Source: Chiloscyllium plagiosum (Eukaryota). Taken from it: a stretch of DNA of 64,000 nucleotides. Each line of letters opens with the position of its first letter. The stretch's first letter is position 1. The notes beneath the pieces were generated by a model. It saw only the letters and a program-made list of their open reading frames with translations, had not been told where the DNA came from and searched no databases. A program made the position numbers and the translations under genes. Below, piece after piece: positions 39,901 through 51,900 of this stretch. The stretch lies in NCBI RefSeq assembly GCF_004010195.1, contig NC_057711.1:69702796-69766795 (forward strand), given 5' to 3'.

Positions 39901-42900
39901 ATTCAAAACTGCATTCTTGAAAAAATAACTTCTCATCTGCTGTTTAAAAACATTCCCACCTTTTGGTCATGCACTGACCCACAAACCTTTTTTTGCACTT
40001 CCCTTGTCAAATACATGCAGAATTTTGTGTATGTAACCCCTCACCTTCTCCTACATTCCAGTGAAAAAACACTCAGCCTATCCAATCCTTTATCCCAAGA
40101 CCTAAACCAGCTCTGAAATGCCTCCAATGCATTTGCATGCTGCTTTCAGTAGACCAAAACTGCTCAGATTTTGTCTCCATGCTCTATTTTTTTTTTAAAA
40201 AGAGAACCAAGCATTATGTTCAATTCACTTTTCTAATAGAATCCTTGATCCGACTATATATAGTTATAATCTCTTCCATGATCAATTTTTGAAGTGCTTT
40301 TATAACCACTGTTAAGCTAACTGGCCTGTAGTTTACAGGTTTCTCTGCCTCTTTGAACAGAGAGATGGACTGTTAAGTGGAAACTTGCCTGAATCTAGAG
40401 AATTTTTGATAACTAACGACCATTCCCATATAAGTAGCTCACCACCAGATTCCACAAAGCTTGCTCACCATCCACGAGGCACACATTAGGTATGTGATAG
40501 AATACTCCCTACTCTGGATGCAACTCCAGTCACAAGCTGTTTTACAACATCTAGGACAAAGCCTGCTTGACTGACAGCATATCCACAAACAGCCACTCCT
40601 AAACCACCTCCGCAGCAGTGTGACACTATGCACTGCAGAAATTCAAAGATCCTTGGAGAGCTCCTTCGAAATCTTTTGGCCACGAAGCACATATATGGGA
40701 ACATCACCTGCAAGTTTCCCTCCAAGCCACTCTCCATCTTGACTTGGAAATATATTGTTCCTTCACTCGCTAGGAAGTTGTGGGTCAACATAAATCATGT
40801 AGATGGTAGCAGTTCAAGAAGGCACCTCCATTGCCACCACCTCCAAGGGCAAGTAGGGGCATACAGTAAATGGTGACAACCCAGCCACACTTGTATCCCA
40901 AGAGTGAATTCAAAAAAACCTAATGAGCAAAGACAACTTGTGTTTTGGGAGGGGGGAAGTAGTCTTGCTATCTTTCTGGCTAGCTTTCTCATATTGTTTT
41001 GATTAAATGTTTAGTCATTGTCTGCCATTTCCTCATCCTTGTCACTTATCTGACCTGATGTTAATCGTTGCATATTGAAATCTTATTTCTTCAAGCTTCA
41101 TGCTATACCTACCTCCTTTAATCATTGATAGCCTTCCTTTAAAATTATAGTAGGAATCTTCTTGGTGACTATACTGAGCGACACCGTTAAGTGTCTCTCA
41201 CCTGTCTGTATTGATCTTCCGGTCTGCTAGTATGCTGCTTCACTTCCGCTAGCTCAGCTTTCATGTCCACAAAGTTGCTCTTACGTTTTAAAATATTTGT
41301 GAATTCAATCTTATCCTTCCCAATTGGATGTACAATTCAATAATTGTGGCCATGATTAAAGTGCCTTCACTGAGGTAATCATTTTATTTGCATTTAATTT
41401 GTGACTTTTGGAATTACAAACTTCCTAATTCTAGATTGATACCATCCTGTACTCCCTTGTTTTCTACTACTGTACTCCTTTTCTATACATTAGTTAACTT
41501 GTATTTGTCACTACACTTTTTTTGGGACTTTTGTTCAAGTGCCATAGAGTTGTACACGTAAGACATTAGTTTGTGGACATGTATCTAAACAAACGTTGTT
41601 TAAATGTTTTTCACAAATCTACGTTGACTTTGTTATTCCATTATTTTCTTGGTTATACACAGTGGGAATGACATTGGACTGTCTCATTCATGAATTTTTG
41701 GTATTGTTACTTGCCCATTCTGTGCTGGAAACTTCTATGGATGGGATATGTCCAGACTTCCTGTCCACCAAAGCAACAGTTAACTCCAAATAGCTTCAAC
41801 TTGAACAAGTCTTCAGAGGTGCATTCTTTTCTTTATTTAAAAAGGTTTTTTATTTGCAGGGTGTGTTTGATTATCGAATGAAATGCTGGCAAAAATGGCA
41901 AGATGCGCAAGCAACTCTGCAAAAGAAACGGGAAGCTGATGCCAAACTCCAGTATGCAAATAAACCAGACAAAATGCAGCAAGCTAAAGAAGAAATTAGA
42001 GAAGTGAGTACTTTTCTTTACCTAGATGTTTTGTTTTAAACTTTAAGATATCTTCAAAGCATGATAAGTAAAAACTTTATATTATTTGCATGACAAATCA
42101 AATGCCTATTTTGGCTTTTTGAAGCCAATAATCTGTAGTATATAATATTTTGTTAAAATTTGATAGTTCTCTTTATTTAATATGCCTGCACCTGAAAAAC
42201 AGGCAGTCTTCTCTTAATTCATGGAATATAGGTGTCCCTAGCTAGGCCAGCATTTATTGCCCTAGGAGGTTGAGCTGTCTCCTTGAGCTATTGCAGACCT
42301 TTTGAGCAGGATGTAGGCATAAGTGTGTCCACAGTACTGATGGGGAGTTCCAGAATTTTGACCCAGTGACAGTGAAGGAGCAGTAATGTTCCAAGTCCAG
42401 ATGGTGTGCAGCTTGAAATTTGCAGCTGGTAGTTGGATCTACTGTCCCTGTCCTCGTATGTGGTAGAAGCAAAAGCTGTTAAAGGAGCCTAGTTTCTTGT
42501 AGATGCTAGGCACTGCCATGATGGTGGTATCCATAAATATTTCATAGTACATGTTATGTTCAGTTGTTTTAAACTATCTACGTAATGCTGTCTTGCTCTG
42601 CATTTAACAAAGCTCCAATGGAGCAAATGTTGAAATTTAATTGCAGCATTTAGGTTTTTACTTTGCTTCTTGATTTGAGCCAGTACAGCTAGGAGCTCCA
42701 GAATCTGTAGTCAATTGTAGTATGTGAGTATATAATTGCTTTAAATACTATTAGCTTAGTCAACCCACAAGCACTTTTCCTCATGTGCACACTTTTCCCT
42801 GGAAGATGTATCTTAAGAAATGCAGCTGTTCAGTTTTAGGTTTCTGATTATGGCTGTCAATTAAGCTACCAAAATATAGGATCAAGACACGTGTTTTCTA

Positions 42901-45900
42901 AATTGTATTGGAAGCATGCACCACTTTAAAGTTAACGATCATTCAATTGATCTGCTTTACACTATATACTGCAGTGATCTGGATTTCAAAAACAAAATTA
43001 GGCTATTCAGCTCTCTGAACCTGCTCCATCATTCAACATAACTGATATTTCTCTTCTCCCCTGCTCTTCCAACCCTCCACCCCATGTTATCCTCCCACTG
43101 TTTTCCCCCTGTTGCATTCCCTTCATTTCTTTGAATATATTCAATGAAGTGGAAATCCCTACACAGGAGACCAAAAGTTCACCACCCCCTGTGAAGAAGT
43201 TTGCCAATGAGCCCTTGTTCTTGACTTTTTTTTTTCTCTCCTCTCTNNNNNNNNNNNNNNNNNNNNNNNNNNNNNNNNNNNNNNNNNNNNNCCCCCCCCC
43301 CCCCCCCCCCCCCCCCCCAAAATCTTTGTTTACTTTGCACACCTATGGCAAGTATATCTTTTGGGTAAGAAGACCTAAACTCTACATATTACTTCAGATG
43401 TGATTCTCCCCTCAGACTTGCACAGTTTCCTTGCTTCTGTACTAAAACCTTGGAAAGAAGACCAGCATACCATTAGCTGTCCTAATTGCTAACAGCTGCA
43501 TTCAGTGACTTGACATACAAGGACAATCTTGGCTTTTGTATAATCAAAGTTCCCAATCTATTTCCAATTAGGTAAACATGCCATTCAGTTGTTTCCTACT
43601 GAAGTGGACAACTTGTTATCCATGGTTTTCTGCATTTGCCTTACATTTGACCACTTGCTTAGCTGTTTTGTTATGATGTGGCGGTCAAACCCTCTGCTAA
43701 TTAAAATTAACAGATTTAAAAAGACTTTCTGGGGTGTTAATGAGGGAACCTGATTTTTCACTGTTTATAGGGTTGGGGGAGGGGGGGGAATAAAACAATT
43801 TTCCTAATTTTGTTTAGTGTTCACTTAACTAATTCAAGCCCCCTTTTCTCACTAATCACTCCGACCCAACTCAAAAACAATGCTGCTCCAATAACAATTA
43901 CTAAACATTTAATTAAGAGGAGATTGCGTGGACTTGAGATTATGCTGTCTTCCAAACCGGAGCTAGAATATTAATACCAATCCCAATGCTTTGGTTTTGC
44001 ATGCTAACATCATTTATGTGGGGTTTTACCAAGAGCTTACTGCAAGTCCAAATACACCCCGACCACTGATGTACAAACTCATCTAATTCAGTTTATCAAA
44101 CTTCCATTTGACTGTAATGTTAGTATGTTGAAGTGTCCTGTTATCATAACTCCTACATAGACTCCTGCATTTTTCCCTACTAATGTTAGGCTAATCAGCC
44201 TATAATTCCCTACTTACCTGGTCTATTTTTTTTTAAATGTTGGGGTTGTTTGCCACCACCAGTCAGCTAGGGCAGTCCTAGATTCTGCAGAAGTCTTGGC
44301 ATGTGACAACCAGCATGTCCATTGTTTCCACAATCACTCACTCCTTGGTATTCTGATGTACGTGTTAATCATGGCAAGTAATGGTGTGCCTTTAAATGAC
44401 AAAGTGAGCTCACTTTAACTTTTTCCACAGTTATTTTACAATATCAGCCATAAGATAATTTTAACTATCCAGTGGCCTTTTAAATTGCTCTTAAACCAAT
44501 GTTTTAATCCATTTTAATCAGTGCTACATATACTTAAAGGTTGAAGTTGTCACTTTAGGTGTGATCAGTTAATTCCAATCTGCTACAGTACCTTGGTAGG
44601 AGAGTTTAGTTTGTTATTTGCATAATTATAAACTGGTTTGTGAAAGATAGTTAACCAAAAAAATTGATCTCAAAGTATTCTGTGGTGAAGTTGGAAGTGG
44701 AAAAAGAGATGCAGTTTTGCACGTGCAGCTGAGTTTCGGGTGTGACTAATCTGCCACTGAAGAATAATCAGATTTTTTTAATCATTGAAACTTGCAAATT
44801 TTCAATGTATACTAGTCACTTCTGTGTAGAAGAAATGTTAGTGTTTCTACAGGGCTGTGTGCACAGTTGCAGTTTTTAGGAGCCTTTCCATAACATTGTA
44901 GATATGTAGTTTTGGCATAACCGGCTTTAAGATATTCACAATCTTGAGCCAGTGAGTGGGGGGGGGGGGGGGGGGGAAGAAATGAAATGTGGGCATAAGA
45001 CCACAATAATTTTGGGGTGTAATTTGCTTTCATTTGAAATTCCCAAGTTTTTGACTTTTTTTTTGATAGAATCACAATAGTACAGGACTAGGCCATTTGG
45101 GATGCAAGTGTTCTTCATTATCCTTCAATTTTAAGAGTATTCATGTAATAATAGCCTTTTTGAATGCTACTACTGAATGTCACTACTCTGGGAATTTGTA
45201 TTCGGCATTCTTCATACTTGTTGCACTAAATTCCCATTGGAAACTTTCTTATCCTAAATTATTCATGATTTTAAATCTAACTGTAGTTTCACTTAAGACC
45301 ATTCTGGTAAATTTTTAGGCTTTTGAAAGATCAAAATCAATGTCTTACCCAAAATGTGCCTCAATTCAATACTAGTTATGTAAGGCTTGAATTCATGTTT
45401 GATAGTCTATCCTGAACCTTTTTTTTTGTTTATCTATGTACCTAATGCAAAGGGATGCTCTTGTTGCACTTCCATTTTGATAGTGCAACCTAGACTGAAT
45501 TAATCAGAAAACCCAGAGCTGTTACTTTGATTGCAGAATTTTAAACTTTTTGTATTGGCAACTTTGTTTTTGGCTCCTTGATCATTTGGCCTTGTTTTTA
45601 GATGCCTGTATCATTGTTCAGTCTTCATGGACAAGTCCTAACTCATAACTTGAGTACTAACCTTACTGTGAGATATAGTTAGCTTTTTGGAGATATGTAA
45701 TGGTGTGTAACAAATCCTTGTAATTTGCTTTTGGCTAATGAGTTGCCTTGTATGTTGTTAAATCTAGTGAGCGTTTAAATCTAGGATGGGGTGCTTAAGC
45801 AGCAACAAATCTGCATTGAATGCTATCTTGTTTAAAAACACATGAGAACTTGGTGAATGCCAAATTTTATTTTATATTGATTGCTTAATGATCTGCATTG

Positions 45901-48900
45901 AACATTTGTTTTGAAAAGAACTACTCAGTTGTATAACATCCAAGGTAAGAACTGAGTTTTCAGGAAGGTATGAGTTGAGTGATTTTTATTTCAGTGGCTG
46001 TAAGAGTGCAAAATGAATTTTTTTTTTTTTGTAACCTGTGTAATTTTTTTTTTTCTTGCTTCACAAGGAAATTGAGGAGGTAGGAAGCTTTTGAAGACCA
46101 GTTCAAGTTATTGCCATGTCTCTCAAACCCATTTCAATAGAAATGGACTTTAATTTTTAGTTAACTTGACTAAAGCCAGTTACTGAGTACTGATTTGGCA
46201 CATTCTTAATTGTAGTTTTTCACTAATTCCTTACTGTATAATTGGTTTTGATTTATTTCAGTTTTTGTTTGTAGTCTCTCCTGAAGCCATTCAGCGTCTT
46301 GCCCAACACTTAGCTTTAATTATCAGTGTGAATGCTGGCTTGAAGATAGAAGGATAAATTACATTCCTGTCACTGTTCTCTTCTGTGCCCTGATTGAGAC
46401 CAGAACAAGTCCAAACTAAACGTCTTGGACTTCACTGTCTGGCTCTGCTACTTGGGACAAACCTATGGAAATTTTAGGAGTATGTTGTTTTAGTACTGTT
46501 CTTGCTTCTGTAAAGGAAAGGTAAGTCTCATTCTTAGGATAGGGGTTTTGTATCCCCTACACGAGTGGAGTATATGCTGAAGTGCAGTCTGAAAAAGCTC
46601 ACAACAACTTTGTCAGTATAAGTTTTTTTTTTAACATTAGCGCAGTGAGTAGCACAAACTGAATTCTAAGATTCCAAGCTAAACTCTGACTCGAGCACAA
46701 AAATCACAATAGTGTGGGAGTGTGCATTGTCAAACATTTTAAAACCAAGAGTTGACTATTTGAGCCTTTGACACTACTCAGCCATTCAATATGATCATGG
46801 CTGATCCTTCATCGCTACACTGCATGTCTACTTTGTCTCCATACCCCTTGATGTCTTTAATATCTAAAATTGTATAAACATTGTAAATATACTGTGACCT
46901 GGCCTCCAACCTTCTGTGCTAGCAAATTCCACCAGTGAACCACTGTGAAGAAAAGCTTCCTCTTCTCAGGCCTAGATGGCCTCTCTGACTATACTCCTGC
47001 TTCCAGACTCCTCCTCAACCCCCTCACCCCAAAAGGGGAAACCATATTGCATCTAGTCTCTCCAGGCCAGTTTAAAAAAATATACATTTCAATTAGCTCT
47101 CTGGAGTCTAAGCTCTAGTAAATACAGGTCTAGTGAGCCAGTCTGTCGTCCTTGTCCTGCCTTTCCTTATCAGTGTAGTGAACCTTTGCACTCCCTCTAC
47201 TGTATATCTTCCTGTTTGGTAACGACAAACTGTACACAAGTCAGGTCTTGCTGAGATCTTTTTTATACTGTAGTTATACATCTACACTTCTGAACTCCCT
47301 TTCCTTTGGTAGTGGATGCAAATGATGTTTTCTTTCGGATGAAGTGTTGAACCAGATGCTTGCTCTCTGCCTGGATGGATGAAATTAACTCCTCCACTAT
47401 TTTAATTTGAAGTTAACCCCTGTTTCCTTGGCGAGTAATTTATCCTTCAATATCCCATTGATTGTGGTTTCTTGTAATGAAATTGGCTTCTGTTAATTTT
47501 CAGAATTAAAATGCAATATTTCAAAAGTACTTTGCTGCAAAATGCTTTTGAGACATGGTTATGAAAAGTACTAATATAAATGCAAGTCTTTGAGTCAACT
47601 ATTGTAGTGGTAGCAGATAAACTAGTTGAATTTCAGACTTTTCAAGCTAGATTATCTAATTCCAATCATACTTTAGGATTGTTTCATAGTATAAGTTAAT
47701 AGTTTATTCGTGCAAGAGCCAGTGCCATACAATTAGAATACCCACAAATCAATCATGGGTCATGTGCTCAGGTCCATCCTCCAGATAAGAGAAATCATTA
47801 TCATCAACTCCACATTAAATTTCTATAGCTGAATTATTTTCAATTATTTTTACTTAACGTTATCTGGCTTAGGAAATGCTTTATATAAATTATAGTCCTA
47901 GCAGGGAAATGAAGTGCATTCAACCCTTAACTTTCTGCCATTCAGTAAAATGGCTGCTTCACTGGTCTCAACTCGCTTTTTCAAGTCTGCTCAGCCCTCA
48001 ACTCAAATTTTCAAGAATCTATCTGACACCAGTTTAATTTGTCACCTAACCTCAACGCTGTGGAGCAGAGAATTCCAGGCATTCACTATCCCCTGGGAGA
48101 AGAGATCCTTTTGCATTTGTTTCAGATTCAGGTTACTGTATGAGTGGTCAAAGTCCACCAGTTCAGGATTACTGTCTAGTGGAGACCTCTTAACATCTAC
48201 CCTGTTAAATTCCCTTCGAAACTTGTACACTTCAATAAGATTACCTCTAATAACTGGTTAAAACTGATTAAGCCTTTCTTGATGAGTCAACTCTTTCATC
48301 CCAAGAATCAATCCAGTGAATTACTTTATTTTGAACAGCCTTCACTGCCAGTATACACCTTAAAGACATGGGGCCTCCCTGATAACTGTACAAATATAAT
48401 CCATTATTTCTGACCTATCTTCTGCACACTAACCCATTATCGATACATGTTAATACATTTGCCCTGAGTATCATGAGTTCTTTATCTTGTGCAATCACCT
48501 TTTTGCACATTAAATGTTTTTGGTAATCCAAATACACCACATCTACTGGTTTCCCCTTCATCAACTCTGCTTGTTATATCTTAATTCTATTGCTTGTTTC
48601 CCCAACATGGTTCTCCTTTCACAAACCAGACTGGCTATTAAGCTTTTCATAGATATACTGCTGTTTCTTCCCTATTAAACACTAGCAATTTCCTCCACAG
48701 ATGCGAAGTGAACTGGCCTGTGGTTTCCTGCTTTGTCCCCTACCTCCTTGAAAAGAGGTACCACACCAGCAGCTTTCCAATACACTGGAATTCTGTCCGA
48801 CTCCAAGTTTTTGGAATATTTCAGCCAGTGCCTACACTACCTCCTTCAGCTGCTTCCTTTTTGTGCCTTGGGGGCAGGCCATTAAGTCTTGGTGGCTTTC

Positions 48901-51900
48901 TGCCTTCGTCCATTAGTTTAGTACTAAAGACAAAGTTTAAAGAGGTTTCCTCCCATTAGTACCTTCTTTGAGATGTTATAGTGTTATCTGTTCTGAAGGT
49001 TAATTGGCTTGAATTATCAGCAATTTTCCTGTTTAATTCTCTAGTAGTATCCACCATGGGTCTCATGCTGACTTAGCTACTCTTAATAGACCTGTAGAAG
49101 CTCTTGCTGTTTTTGTTCGTTAGAAATGGACAGTCAATTGTCTGTCTGTCTTTTAGCTTTTCAATCCTCTTTCTTTAAAAATTGGCCAGCCACTAGATTT
49201 TTTTCTTTATTTTTAAATCTACCTGTTCAGAAATATTACATGCCGCTTGAACAAAGGCATTTTGCTTCCAGTAGATGTACTACCACTGTGCCACAAGAGC
49301 CATTGGTCAACCACTAAATTTTTGTTGCTTGCATTCCTTAGTTTTTGATTGGATGGTCTATTTGACAGCATTTGGTGGTAGCCAGCTGTTCATCCTCTTA
49401 TGAGAGGTTTTTTTGACAGAATAAATTTTGAGCATTATGCAGTATCTGCTTAAGTGTTCACTGCTCATCCAGCTTTTTTTCCTAATCTAATTTTCCAGTC
49501 TGCTTTTCTTCCTGAGATTTGTTCTTTAAACTGATACTTTTGAGACCAGAGTTGCTCTACCTCAAATTGAATTTGGAATCCCTCTTAAGAACAAGATCTC
49601 CTCTGTTCCTGGCTCGGTTCTGTGTACTGTTCATAAACTATCACAGATGTAATCTACAAATTAACTTCCATTTACTGTTGTGCACCTGATATTTTGTCCA
49701 GTGACGTGTAGTGCTGTAACACTCCTTCAATATTTCCAGACTTGTACTTAACCTACAGTGAGGGACCTCTTTGGAACCTCTGGATGACTCCTACCTGTGA
49801 CTTCTTTCACTTTATGTTCTTTATTTCCACCCAAATTGATGCAACACATTGTATTACTACTAACCACTGCACTGATTCTCTCAACAAAAAATTACCTCAC
49901 CACGTCTTTCATTTGCTTCTGGAAATGTCTAATATCCTTGAGTCCCCAGTTTTAGTGACTCCACAACCACATCTGATAGCTATCAAGACCTATTAGTTAA
50001 CTTCTGTCTAGCCATCAACACTCCCTTGTTAAAAATGCTGCATGTGCTCAGAAAAGAGACTCCAGCACGGACTATCTTATTCTGATTATTCTTTGCATGC
50101 TGCACTGATTATTCACCTGTTCTTATTTCTCATTTCTTTTAATCTTGTCTTCAAACAAATCCCACTTACCTCTCCTCTAACTAGGGATGCAGACAGGCAA
50201 ACTAATTGCACGGTTCACCAGGACAGCATGATTCAAATGAACTTGTCTAAATGGAACAGCTATCTTGTTCCCTGGTACTGGAGCCAGTGCCCCTAAATTG
50301 GAACCCATTCCTCTTCACTCAATCGTTTTGAGCCAAGTGTTAACCCCTCTAATCTTATTAACCCTATACCAATTTGCACATGGCTCAGGTAGTAATCTAG
50401 GTGTTACCTTTTGGCTCTGCTTATTTTGTCTCATGTTGTTAATCCCTCATTGTGCTAACTATAATTGTTACTATGTATGAATGAGGGCTTATGCTCAAAA
50501 CATCGATTCTCCTGCTCCTCAGATGCTGTTAGACCTGCTGTGCTTTTCTAGCACCACACAGATTGACCCGTTTTCTTGTATTTGCAAGATTGGCAGATTG
50601 CCGTCAAACTCCATGTTTTTTAAATTTTGAATTAGCTGATGGTATTGCTGTGTCTTTAGCAGGTAGCAGTACGTTGAAGATGTAGTTTGAAATTGTAACA
50701 CCCCCCACCCGACTTCCCTGGCCTAATTTCCTTTTTCTCGCACATACATTCTGAGCAGTGTTTAAGGATACGAGCCACTTTATGAAGTTGAGAATTTTTG
50801 GACCTTGAAACACAACTATCCATTAGTAGAAAAATCTTAGCTGGACCAGTGCAGTGCTTGAGTTGATGACCATTACTGATGCAATAATGGAAAATGCTCC
50901 ACTATAAGTGGAGATGCAGTTAATAACTGCTGCAAATCACTTAACATCTTAGAGCTTGTTTTCTAGAGCTTTAAGTGGGAATCAGTTCAAGCTCTAATGA
51001 AGTGGAGAATATATGGTGCTTAAAACAATGTTTTCTAATCTTTAATCTGTGTGGATTTGTGGAAATCTGAGTTAGCTTCTCTTGGTATGCATATATGCCT
51101 ACCTTCTAATAGCACCTTTCCAATTTCTGCTTTGCAGCAGCTTTCTTCCCAATTTTTGATCTCCACCTTTTTAACATGATAGAACTACTTTTGTTCTAGA
51201 AATCCAAACAGTAGGTTAAAATTTTATTGAATATTCTTAACTACAAAATGGAAAATTCTTAAGCTAGTTATGTAATCTCTGCAAAAGGATGTTTTGTAGA
51301 TTTCTGCCTGACCAGTGTCTGCTCCTTTCAGCTGTACTGAATTGAAGGAGAATCAGTTAGCAAATAATTGGATCACTTAATGCAACTGTATTCTAAGTAT
51401 AACTGAATATTATTGGTTGGTGCTGTTGTGGAGAGTCAGTTTCTATGTAGCTTAATAGTTTAATCATTTTTATAATACAGAAGTTGGATAACTTCAGTTA
51501 ACACTATAGATAGTTGTTGGTGAGGACTGCAGCATCTGCAGTCCTCACTTTCTCCACAATAGATAGTTGTGTACATCATGGGCACATTATTTGGACCTGT
51601 CACCAGCGTATTTTCTCAGTCAAACCATTTTAAAACCTGAATACGCACTTGGTAGGAACTAGAAAATGTGATCAGAAATCTAGATCTTACCCTGAGCAGT
51701 TAATGTTTGTTGTTTTGACAAAGTCAACTAGGACAGTTGATATTTCCATTTTTATCCTAGCAGAGCCTGAAGATTAGTTTCTTCAGGTGTAGGTTCTATA
51801 ATGCACCTTGAGCAAATTGCAGGATGTTTTTGAATAGTACAATTTTTTTTTGATCTCATTGAGTTGAATTTGGTTATCTACAATAGTTCAAAAGCATTAA

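Noticed and set aside
43007..43403. Poly-Pro/poly-Gly ORFs
   Set aside because: Artefacts of an N gap and a poly-C run.
45929..45944. Possible 16-nt exon ctcag|TTGTATAACATCCAAG|gtaaga
   Set aside because: Strong donor but a purine-rich, weak acceptor tract, and it shifts frame. Not supportable without RNA data.
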